Made by a program: the position numbers and the translations under genes | The notes under the pieces: generated by a model | Database searches by the model: none | Told to the model about the DNA's origin: nothing | What the model saw: the letters and a program-made list of their open reading frames with translations, nothing else | Part shown: positions 1-8,401 of the stretch, one piece after another | Numbering within the stretch: the stretch's first letter is position 1 | Layout: every line of letters begins with the position of its first letter | Source of the DNA: Deltaproteobacteria bacterium | GTDB taxonomy: Bacteria; Myxococcota_A; Polyangia; DRWM01; JAAZOP01 | Direction: 5' to 3' | DNA: 64,000 nt | Assembly (NCBI GenBank): GCA_016218815.1 | Contig: JACRCX010000025.1 | Location: 237,389 to 301,388, forward strand

Positions 1-1
1 C

Positions 2-235
2 GAGCCCGCGGAGAGCTGCGATTCGGGAGTCGGCAGCGGCACGCACGGCACCGCGTGTGTGGAGGAGTCGGAGTGCGCGCGGGGCTACGGCTGCTTGGGG
101 GGCACGTGCTGGCAGTACTGCCATGACACGGTCGAATGCGCGGGTGGGCGGCGCTGCTCGGGGCGTATCTACTTCGCGGACTCGCCGGAGTGCCCCGGCG
201 AGTACGATTGGGTCCTGGTCGGGTATTGCAGGTAG
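2..235 (+). CDS. C-terminal fragment of a Cys-rich secreted protein (5' end outside window)
   Basis: Frame open from the window edge to TAG at 233-235. Translation is ...CVEESECARGYGCLGGTCWQYCHDTVECAGGRRCSGRIYFADSPECPGEYDWVLVGYCR, with high GC3. It is absent from the ORF track only because it lacks a long start-initiated stretch. Confidence 0.5.
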   Translation, partial: EPAESCDSGVGSGTHGTACVEESECARGYGCLGGTCWQYCHDTVECAGGRRCSGRIYFADSPECPGEYDWVLVGYCR

Positions 236-248
236 CGGGCGGCCGAGG

Positions 249-2501
249 TCAAGACGTGGGGGCCCACCATCGAGCGCCCCATTCCCAGCGGTAGCCGGTG
301 AGGAGCATGCAGCCGAACTGGGCGGGCGCCGCGCCGCTCGTTCCGGCGACGAGCAAGCCCGTCAGGTCGAGCTCCCACGCGTCCCAGAACAGGAATCGCA
401 CGCCGGGTTCGAACGAGACGAGGTCCACGGCGTCGTATTTGCGTTTGTTGAGGCTGGAGGTCTCGCGGACGGCAAGCTGGGCCGAGAGCCACGGCAGGAA
501 CCGGTACGCGGCGTAGGCCGCGACGTTCGCCAGGGCGATCGTGGCCGACCCGGTGGAGGCGTCGAGGGGCCAGTCGGGAGCGACGGTGGCGCCGAGCTGG
601 ACGCCGAGCGAGAGATCGTCGAGTTCCAGGCCGAGGAGGAAGGCGGGGTGGACGAGTGGTCTGAGGTCGGACCGGCCGACTTCGCGGGCGCTGGCGGCCC
701 ACCATTGCGCTTCGCCGCCGGCCGCCAGGAACAGCGCGTAATGGAGGACCACGGGACCCGCCTGATGCGAGTACATCCGCCACAGGAGGTGGCCATCGAT
801 CGCGGGAAAGGGGCGCGTGGAGAGGTCCAGGTCCGAGCCGGTGACGTTGCCGAGCGGGTCCGTCTCGTATCGTTCGAGGCCGCTGGACTCGGCCGCCGTC
901 ACGTCCAGCCCCAGCTCGAACTCGCCCACGCGGAGCTGCGCTCCGAACCGTACCGGTACCGCCTCGACCTCGCGGCTCCCCATGTCCGTCACGCCCAGGG
1001 TATGGTGCCCGGAATGGTACAGGAACCCCGACGCCAGGTAGACGCGGCTGCGCGGGGCCGCGGCGCGCGGGGAGAAGAGGACCAGGTCGAGGGGTGCCAA
1101 TGGGGTGGGATCCAGCAGCGTCGTAGGCTCCGGCGGCGGAGGCGGGGGCGGGGGCGGGGGCGGAGGCTCGGGCGGAGCCGCGGGCCCGGACGGAGGCCGC
1201 ACCGCCGCCCGGACGGACGCCAGCAGCGGCTCCAACTGGTCGGCAAAGGCGAGAAGCCGGGTGGCGAACGTCGAGGACTTGATGACCTGCGGATTCAGGG
1301 TTTCGGCGACCCGCACGACCTGCGCGGCCTGGAGGACGCGGTCCATCGCGGGATGGGCCTGCGCCACCAGGCCCGCCAGATCCGCGGCCCGGACCATTTG
1401 GCCGGTCACCATCCCCCCGCGGTTGAGCTCGCACGCGGTGAAATTCCAGAGGTAGGCGGCGAAGAGCAGCGCCGCGCCCCCGCTGGCGTCCGCGCCGGCC
1501 AACGTCGAGAGGCGGGTCATGGTGGCCGCCGTCTCGTCGCTGATCGCCGCCTGGCATGCCTCGCTGATCGACCCGAGCCATCCGCCGAATTCCACCGCGC
1601 TGTCGGCGACCGCCCAGCGGGCGTTGATCGTGGCCACCTCGGCGCGCGCCGCCCACTCCGGAGCATCGATCGTGGAGTGGGCGTTCGCGATTGCCGTCTG
1701 CACCCCCTCCTGCTCCCACGCCGTCGCGACCCGGCCGATCGGGAGAGCGTAGGCCATCCCCTCGGCGTCCCGGTGGCGCAGGATCACGATCCCCAGGAGC
1801 CGATCCGAATCATCGAGCAGCGGCCCACCGGAGTTCCCCGGGTTCACGGCCGCGGAGATCTGGTAGAGCCCCGTCACGGATTGACGCGAGATGATCCCCT
1901 CCGTGGCCGCGGGCATCGTCTCGAACAGGTCTTCGGGATAGCCGAACGCGAACACCCGCGTTCGCGTTGCCGCCGGTTGCGCTTCCTGGGCCGACGGGAT
2001 CGGCACGTGGGCCTCCCAGCTCCCGCCGGCCACCAACAGCGCGAAATCATCGTCGGTCGATTCGTGAACGACCACGGCCGGAAGGGGGTCGGCCGTTCCC
2101 GGTCGCCATACCGCGACCAGGATCGCGTCCTGCACCACGTGCCGTGCGGTCAGGATGACCCCGTCCTCGGTGACGACGACTCCGGAGCCGTGGCCGACCA
2201 CCGGAACGGCAAACAGGTCGCCGCTCACCGGGACCGCGGCGACCGATTCCAGGCCGATCACCCGCACAGTCGCCCGCTCCACCGTCGACAATCGCTCGAG
2301 CACCGCCGAGGCGTCGGGACCGGTCGGCGGAGGGGGGACGGTCTCGCCGCCCGGAATTGGTTCGTCGAATCCCATCACCGGTCCCGAATGCGGAGGATTC
2401 GACTCGTCCGCGGTTTGGGCCCAGGCCGTGGCGCCCGCCGCCATGGTCAGGCATGCCGACAGCACGCTCCGCACCGCTCCGGTCCGTACGCCGCGTCCCA
2501 T
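249..2501 (-). CDS. Secreted trypsin-like (chymotrypsin-fold, HtrA/S1-type) serine protease with helical middle region, poly-Pro linker and beta-rich C-terminal domain
   Basis: 750-aa ORF with a signal-like N-terminus (LSACLTMAAGATAWAQ). Triad contexts are TARHVV, DDDFALL and NPGNSGGPL. It has a PPPPPPPPPPPP linker, and the last ~300 aa show alternating hydrophobic strands (LVSFEPGVRFLFWDAWELDLTGLLVAG ... GYRWEWG). Confidence 0.85.
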   Translation of the reverse strand: MGRGVRTGAVRSVLSACLTMAAGATAWAQTADESNPPHSGPVMGFDEPIPGGETVPPPPTGPDASAVLERLSTVERATVRVIGLESVAAVPVSGDLFAVPVVGHGSGVVVTEDGVILTARHVVQDAILVAVWRPGTADPLPAVVVHESTDDDFALLVAGGSWEAHVPIPSAQEAQPAATRTRVFAFGYPEDLFETMPAATEGIISRQSVTGLYQISAAVNPGNSGGPLLDDSDRLLGIVILRHRDAEGMAYALPIGRVATAWEQEGVQTAIANAHSTIDAPEWAARAEVATINARWAVADSAVEFGGWLGSISEACQAAISDETAATMTRLSTLAGADASGGAALLFAAYLWNFTACELNRGGMVTGQMVRAADLAGLVAQAHPAMDRVLQAAQVVRVAETLNPQVIKSSTFATRLLAFADQLEPLLASVRAAVRPPSGPAAPPEPPPPPPPPPPPPEPTTLLDPTPLAPLDLVLFSPRAAAPRSRVYLASGFLYHSGHHTLGVTDMGSREVEAVPVRFGAQLRVGEFELGLDVTAAESSGLERYETDPLGNVTGSDLDLSTRPFPAIDGHLLWRMYSHQAGPVVLHYALFLAAGGEAQWWAASAREVGRSDLRPLVHPAFLLGLELDDLSLGVQLGATVAPDWPLDASTGSATIALANVAAYAAYRFLPWLSAQLAVRETSSLNKRKYDAVDLVSFEPGVRFLFWDAWELDLTGLLVAGTSGAAPAQFGCMLLTGYRWEWGARWWAPTS

Positions 2502-2669
2502 TCCGCCCTCCCCTTCCCCGCCCGAAACTCGCGATCGTCGTGAGGATCGTGAACCGCCGCCCCTGGAGCGTCAAGGAATCCGGAAGGAGGGACTGCTTGA
2601 CGGCGGCGGACGCAGCGGGCAGCCTTGCGGGCGAGACGAGCGACGAGAGAGCGGACGGGAGGCATCGAC

Positions 2670-4019
2670 ATGCACAGGATTGAGGACCGGCCCGACCGGG
2701 GCGCGACAGCGTTGGTGGCCATGCTGGTGGGGGCCCTGTACGGCTGCTCGGGCGGCGGCTCGAACCCGGCGGATGTCCGCGATGCGCTCGACGCCGTCGC
2801 GGAGGACGCCGCCGGGGAAGAGGATGCCGCGGCAGCGGATGATGGCGTTGGTGCGGAAGACGGCGCCGACGTTTCGGACCCGGTGTCGGAGGAGTTCCTG
2901 ACCGGGATCGTCGAGGTGCTGGCCTCGGAAGAGATGGATGGACGACAGCCGGGGACGGCGGGATGGGCTGCGGCGCGCACGTTCATCGAGGAGCGGATGA
3001 CGGCGTGCGGGCTCTCGCCGGCCGGTTCTTCGGGCTGGGAGCAGGCGGTCGAGGGCGACGTGGGGATCAATGTGCTCGGGCGGGTGCAGGGAAGCGACCC
3101 GGCGCGGCGAGACCGGGTGATCATCGTCGGCGCGCACTACGACCACCTCGGCGACTGCGGCGGGGCGATCTGCAACGGCGCGTACGACAACGCGACCGCG
3201 GTCGCCGCGGCGCTCGCGGTCGGCTGCGCGCTGGTCGCGGCGCCCCCGGCACGCAGCGTACTGATCGCGATCTGGGACACGGAGGAGCCGCCGTACTTCC
3301 TGGACCCCGAAATGGGGTCGCAGTACTACGTCGACCATCCGCTCGTGCCGCTGCCGCAGACCGACGCGGCGATCGCGCTCGACCTGATGGGCGAGGGCTT
3401 GTGGCCGGGGTTCATGGGGCACGTGGTGCTCGGCGCGGAGCTGAGCCCGGAGGTGGCGGCGGCGGTCGATGTGGCCGAGGTGCCGGCGGGACTGCTCGCG
3501 CACCGGCTCGGACTGCACGCCGTCGAGGACACCGCGATGGGGCATCAGCCCTGGAGCGACTACGACGCGTTCCGCAACGCGGGGCGGCCGGTGCTGTTCC
3601 TCTCCGACGGGCAGAACAAGACCTACCACCAGCCGACCGACGAAGTGTCGCGAGTCGATTTCGCGAAACTGCTGCTCGAGACCCGATACCTGCTGCGGAT
3701 CGTGAGCGGGCTGGGGGACGCGGCGACGAATCCCACGTTCGTCGCGGACGGCGCCGACTACGCACGGGACGCGGCGTCGGTCCTGGTGGTGCTCGACGCG
3801 GCGCTGGCGTCCGGCGGCCTGGTCGATGCCTTGGGCCTGGGCGCCTCGGTGCGGACGAAGCTCGAGCAGGACCGCACGGCGGTCCTGGCGGTGCAGGCGA
3901 CGCTGGAAGGCGGGGGGACGCTCTCCGCGGCGGAGATCGGAACGCTGCGCACGGCGACGCAGCGGGTGATGTGCCTGGCGGGGAGCACCTACCCCGACGC
4001 GTTGTGCATGCTGCTGTAG
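2670..4019 (+). CDS. M28-family zinc aminopeptidase, lipoprotein
   Basis: The ATG at 2670 is preceded by GGGAGG, and there is a lipobox LYGCSGG. IIVGAHYDHLGD, NGAYDNATAVAA and IAIWDTEEP resemble M28 metal-ligand blocks. Confidence 0.8.
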   Translation: MHRIEDRPDRGATALVAMLVGALYGCSGGGSNPADVRDALDAVAEDAAGEEDAAAADDGVGAEDGADVSDPVSEEFLTGIVEVLASEEMDGRQPGTAGWAAARTFIEERMTACGLSPAGSSGWEQAVEGDVGINVLGRVQGSDPARRDRVIIVGAHYDHLGDCGGAICNGAYDNATAVAAALAVGCALVAAPPARSVLIAIWDTEEPPYFLDPEMGSQYYVDHPLVPLPQTDAAIALDLMGEGLWPGFMGHVVLGAELSPEVAAAVDVAEVPAGLLAHRLGLHAVEDTAMGHQPWSDYDAFRNAGRPVLFLSDGQNKTYHQPTDEVSRVDFAKLLLETRYLLRIVSGLGDAATNPTFVADGADYARDAASVLVVLDAALASGGLVDALGLGASVRTKLEQDRTAVLAVQATLEGGGTLSAAEIGTLRTATQRVMCLAGSTYPDALCMLL

Positions 4020-4032
4020 TTTCGGTCCGGGT

Positions 4033-4075
4033 CAACCCTGAAATCCGCCATCGTCAACGGCGGATGTCAGGGTTG
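4033..4075. terminator. Long hairpin between convergent genes (candidate bidirectional terminator)
   Basis: caaccctgaaatccgcc (4033-4049) pairs with ggcggatgtcagggttg (4059-4075). This gives a 17-bp stem with one mismatch and a 9-nt loop, lying between the stops at 4019 (+) and 4132 (-). Confidence 0.6.
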
Positions 4076-4131
4076 TTCGACGGGACAAGGTCCGCGCGGG
4101 CCATCGTGTGGGGCCGCGAGCGGCCGCGCAC

Positions 4132-6480
4132 TCAACCGATGATCTCGCACTGGACGCCGGAGAGGAGGCCGACGTTGTTGGCCTCGAGGCACTCGTCTTC
4201 GCTCGCGTCGGGATCGGCGACGACGTACACGTCGATCGGCGCGGGGCCGAGCGCGGCGTCGCAGGAGACGAAGGCGCAGGCGCCGACCTCGATCGTCGTC
4301 GCGACCGTCGACCGGCACAGCTCGAGGCCGTCGGCGCTTCCGCTGCGGAAGGCGACGACGGTGCCGGCGCCGACGGGGAGGAGGCCGCGGTTGCAGACGC
4401 GGGCCTCGAGGGTGCCGACGCCACCGGTGCAGGGGAGGCGCACGGGGCCGGCGTCGCCGGAGGACGTGAGGTCGGGGACGCCGAGCGCATCCAGCTCGCC
4501 CTGGACGTTCTGGCGAAAATTGTTCAGCTCGGAATCGCGCCAGTTGAGGGTGACGGCGGAGCTGCGCGGGATCTCGCCGCGGTTGCCGACGTGGGTGACG
4601 GCGTAGGCGTGCTGGCTCCAGACGGGGCGCGAGGCGGCCCAGCGGTCCAGGACGTCGCGCAGGACGACGATGCCGTGGTTGACGGCGAAGGAGGCCGCGG
4701 GAAAGAGGGGATCGGTCGCCGGGCAGCCGAGGGCGCCGGCGTAGTCGTTGACGGCGGAGACGATCTCGGCGTGGAAGTCGCCGTCAACATCGACAATCAC
4801 CGGGTTCTCGTACGTGGTGCCGGAAGATCGCGCGGCGCTGAAGACGACGGTCCCGGTCGAACCGTCGTAGATGCGGAGGAAGCACTCGTCGGCGTAGACC
4901 GCTTCCGCGCTGCCGTTGGCGTCGAAATCGAAGACGGACGAGCAGGTGACCTAGGAGGAAAGGTCCTGGGACGGCTGGATCCAGAGGATGCCGTCGGTGC
5001 GGCCGGAGGCGCAGGTGCCGACGGCGCCGGAGGGGCTGCAGTCGAGGTCGAAGACGACGTAGTTGGCGCCGCCGGCGGAGGCGAATTCGCGGCGGCCGTC
5101 GCCGTCGAAGTCGGCGATCGTCGGCAGGCCGCCGCTGCCGCCGCCGGGGAGCGCGACGGGACCGAAGACGACGGTGCCTTCGATCGTCTGCACCCGAGCC
5201 TGACCGGACGAGACGACGGCGATCTCGGCCCGGTCGCCGTCCGCGAACGAGGCGAGCGGGAAGACGCCGAAGTCGGCGACGGCGACCTGCCCGGCGGCGA
5301 GGCTGCCGGGAGCGAAGTACGGCTCCGCGACGAGATCGCCCGCGGCGGGATCCCACGTGTACAAGGCGTTCCCGTACGTCAGCTCCATCGCGCCGTCCTC
5401 GTCGACGTCGGCCACGACGGGGACGACGCCGCGGTGGTAGGCGGGGTAGCCGAAGGTGCTCGAGCGGATGCAGCCGTCGGCGTCGTAGACCATGGCGCCG
5501 TAGACGAGTTCGGGGACGCCGTCGTCGTCCAGATCGTGGATCGAGGGGCCGCTCCACTGGTCGGAGCCGCCGGTCGTGTCGGGCGTGCGGCCGCCGGAGG
5601 CGTCGCAGACGCCGGAGCGCCACCAGCGGGCGAAGGTCGACGTCGTTTCGTCGTAGCGGAAGGCGATCAGGCCGCCGCCGTGGGCCGCGGCGACGATCTC
5701 GGCGCGCCCGTCGGCATCGATGTCGCCCAGGGCGACGGAGGCGGGGGCCATGGTGGCGTCCTCGGCGGCAGGGAAGCTCCACTGCTGCGTGCAGTCGGCA
5801 CCGGAGATCACGCGCAGGACGCCGGGGTTGCCGTAGGAGCCGGAGGTGGGGAACGTGGTGAAGACGATCGACGGGGACAGGGTGGCGGGGTCGTCGTCGA
5901 AGTCGAAATCGACGACGACAGGGGTGCTCATGACGTGGACCCAGTCCGGCGCGGCGTCGCCGGCCGGCGGACCCGTCCAGCGGCACTGCACGTCGGGGAC
6001 GATGGTCTCGATGTCGATCGGCCGGGAGCAGTCGTCGTCATTCAGGTGATCGGCGGGGACCCCGTAGGGCACGCAGATGCCGGCCTCGCACCACGAGTCG
6101 GACCAGCAGTCGTCGCCGGTCGTGCATGCGCCGAGGTCGGCGATGCAAACGTCCTCGCGGCACCGCTCCAAGCCGTCGGAGCAGCAAGTGGATGCGCAGG
6201 CGGTCGTGCCGGAGGGGCACGAGGAGTCGGGGCTGTCGGCCTCGGCGTCCCGATCCGCATCGCCGCCGACTTCCGATTCGGGAGTGTCGCCTTCGTGGTC
6301 GGCGTCGGCGCCGACGTCGTCGTCAAGCGCGTCGCCGCTGGCATCCGTTGCTCGGCAGGCGCCGTCGATACACAGCAGGCCGGGCGGGCAGTCGTCCTGG
6401 GTGTCGCAGGCCTGTAGGGAGGGGGAGGACGAACTGCAGGAGAGGGAGAGGAGAAGGACGCAGAGGGCAGAAGAAACCAC
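4132..6480 (-). pseudogene. FG-GAP/VCBS-repeat, Cys-rich secreted protein interrupted by an in-frame TAG (4951-4953)
   Basis: ORFs 4951..6867 and 4132..4800 are in the same frame. Translation runs ...IQPSQDLSS*VTCSSVFDFDANGSAEAVYADE..., continuing an FG-GAP repeat across the stop. Repeats include DIDADGRAEIV, HDLDDDGVPELV, ADVDEDGAMEL, ADFDGDGRREF and VDVDGDFHAEIV. The 5' end is uncertain: GTG 6480 gives the lipobox LSLSC, and an alternative ATG lies at 6720. Confidence 0.75.
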
Positions 6481-6504
6481 CGATGGACACCGATGGACAC
6501 CGAT
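6475..6504 (+). repeat. Family A element, copy 1 (aaccaccgatggacaccgatggacaccgat)
   Basis: 30 bp identical to the copies at 9881-9910 and 49806-49835. It contains a 10-bp unit duplicated in tandem. The mini-ORF ATG GAC ACC GAT GGA CAC CGA TAG spans 6483-6506. Confidence 0.95.
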
Positions 6505-6544
6505 AGGAACGAGGCCGGGAATGGAATCGCTCTTCGGATCCGAA

Positions 6545-6564
6545 CCGCGGGCTTCAGCCCGCGG
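6545..6564. repeat. Perfect 8-bp stem hairpin ccgcgggc-ttca-gcccgcgg
   Basis: Read directly from the sequence. It lies in the ambiguous leader region of the FG-GAP gene, 40 bp from family A copy 1. Confidence 0.8.
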
Positions 6565-6806
6565 CTGGACGGCGCCGGACAACGTGGGCAGGGCAGCCGC
6601 ACGCTGAAGCATGCGGTTCGGCGCTGATGGCCGGCGGCGGCGGAGAACCACGACGGCGAAGGTCCCGAGGACGGCGAGGAGCGTGGCGGACGCGAGGAGC
6701 GCACCAGGCAAGCCGCGCATCGGTACCTCCCTCCCGGGCAGAGCCCGTGGGGACAGTATAGCGGGGGAGCCCCGGGCGCGGTACCATGACGGGCGGAGGA
6801 AGGCCG

Positions 6807-8315
6807 ATGAAAGCGCACGCTCGCACGTCCGGATGGTGTTCCTGCGTCGGATCCGCGTCCGCGGCACGGCGGTTGCGGGTGCTGGCGGTGTTCGGGACGC
6901 TTGGCGCGGGGCTGCTCGGCGCCGGGTGCGACGACGGCCCGACGGGCGCCGGGGCGAACCGTTATCTGCGGTTGGCTCCCGACGTCGCGGTCGCCGGCGT
7001 CTCGCTGTTCCAATCCGTCGAGGTGCCGCTGTGGGTCGACGGCGAGGAGCGGACGGAGCTGAGCGCGGTGGTCGTGGACGGGAAGGCGGCGACGATCGTG
7101 GTGCGTTTGGAGCCGGGCCCGGAGTTCGACGGCCGGGAGGTCACGGTGGCGCTGGGCGTCGACCGCGGAACGGGTGTGCGCTGGCAGGAGACGTCGCTGG
7201 TGCCGAGCGGGCCCTCCTCGCTGGACCGTCCAGACTCGCTGGCGCAGTTCGAGCTGGCGGCGGAGCAGGTCTCCGGCGTGTTGTCGATCGCCGTGGCGGT
7301 GCTCGACCCCCTCGCGCCGATGGTGCCTGCGGGCACGCCGAATGCGGCACGGTATCCCGCGGACGGCTCGACGCGAGCGGTGGAGCTGCGGAGCGCCCGC
7401 GACCCGGTGCGCCTGGTGTTGATCCCGATCCGCTACGCGCGGGACGGCAACGAGTACGTCCCCGACGTGAGCCCGGAGCAGATCGAGCTGTACCGCGAGA
7501 CGCTGATGGCGGCCTATCCGGCGGTGGCCTGGGACATCGCGATCCACGAGGAGGTGTTCTGGGACCGCGCTCCAAGCTGGAGCGGCTTCAACTTCGGGGC
7601 GCTCAACGAGTACGTCTCCGACCTCAAGGCGTCGGAGGACGACATCCCGCAGAGCCACTACTACTCGCTCGTGGCGCCGGACGTCTCGTTCGCCGCCTAC
7701 TGCACCCCGGTCTGCGTGGCGGGCGAGAGTTATCTCGTGACCGAGCCGTCGGCGTCGAACGTGCGCGTCGGGGCCGGGATCGGGTTCACGGGCACGGAGT
7801 CCGCCTGGACGATGGTCCACGAGCTGGGCCACGTCTTCGGGCGCGGGCACTCGGGCTGCAGCGTGCCACGGGACGATCGGTCGTTCCCCTACGCGGGCGG
7901 CACGATCGGCGTGTGGGGCCGGGACCCGCGCGACGGCCGGTTCTGGCCGCCTGCGACCTCGGACTTCATGGGCTACTGCACGCCGCAGTGGGTGTCGGAC
8001 TACACGTGGAACCTGCTCTTCGAGCGCCTGGAGGATCTGGCGGGGCTGGGCGCCAAGGCGGCCGGGGACAGGTACCGGATGCTGTACGTCGACTTCGAGG
8101 AGGGCGTGGCCCGGTGGGGCGCGGAGACCCGCGCCGGACGCCTGGATCGGGCCGACCGCGTCGCGGCGCGCTACGCCGGGGAGGAGCCGGGCATGCCGGA
8201 GGAGCTGCCGATCATCTGGCAGAGCGACTACCGGCACGCGGCGATCCTGGTGCCGAGCGAGCGGGCGGTCGACCTGCAGGCCGTGTCGGGGATCGCGGCG
8301 GTGCCGGTGCCGTAG
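6807..8315 (+). CDS. Secreted metzincin-type zinc metalloprotease, lipoprotein
   Basis: The ATG at 6807 follows GGCGGAGGAAGG, and there is a lipobox LLGAGC. The metzincin signature HExxHxxGxxH is present as HELGHVFGRGH. Confidence 0.8.
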   Translation: MKAHARTSGWCSCVGSASAARRLRVLAVFGTLGAGLLGAGCDDGPTGAGANRYLRLAPDVAVAGVSLFQSVEVPLWVDGEERTELSAVVVDGKAATIVVRLEPGPEFDGREVTVALGVDRGTGVRWQETSLVPSGPSSLDRPDSLAQFELAAEQVSGVLSIAVAVLDPLAPMVPAGTPNAARYPADGSTRAVELRSARDPVRLVLIPIRYARDGNEYVPDVSPEQIELYRETLMAAYPAVAWDIAIHEEVFWDRAPSWSGFNFGALNEYVSDLKASEDDIPQSHYYSLVAPDVSFAAYCTPVCVAGESYLVTEPSASNVRVGAGIGFTGTESAWTMVHELGHVFGRGHSGCSVPRDDRSFPYAGGTIGVWGRDPRDGRFWPPATSDFMGYCTPQWVSDYTWNLLFERLEDLAGLGAKAAGDRYRMLYVDFEEGVARWGAETRAGRLDRADRVAARYAGEEPGMPEELPIIWQSDYRHAAILVPSERAVDLQAVSGIAAVPVP

Positions 8316-8330
8316 GGGGCGGACGGGGCG

Positions 8331-8369
8331 GGAATCTCGCGCAGAGGCGCAGAGACGCAGAGACGCAGG
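8331..8369 (+). repeat. Family B tandem-repeat cassette, copy 1 (ggaatctcgcgcagaggcgcagagacgcagagacgcagg)
   Basis: A shared head (g)aaTCTCGCGCARAG is followed by 3 tandem CGCAGAG(A/G) units. It lies in the intergenic spacer upstream of the lipase gene. Confidence 0.9.
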
Positions 8370-8401
8370 ATATGATGGCGGGGCGAGGATCGAGGACGAC
8401 G

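Noticed and set aside
1105-1455. ORF with a poly-Gly run (GGGGGGGGGGG) on the + strand.
   Set aside because: It is the antisense reading of the poly-Pro linker of the well-supported S1 protease gene. The rest of the ORF has junk composition.
2560-2610. Possible promoter or operator palindrome gtcaag...cttgac, with TTGACG upstream of the M28 gene.
   Set aside because: There is no convincing -10 element at appropriate spacing, and the palindrome arms are only 6 bp. This is not enough to call.
6493-6627. 44-codon ORF opened by the second ATG of family A copy 1 (MDTDRNEAGNGIALRIRTAGFSPRLDG...).
   Set aside because: It has low GC3 and is short. It has no counterpart at copy 3, where the same ATG reads into a junk frame that is out of frame with the M1 peptidase gene. 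It is probably not a gene.
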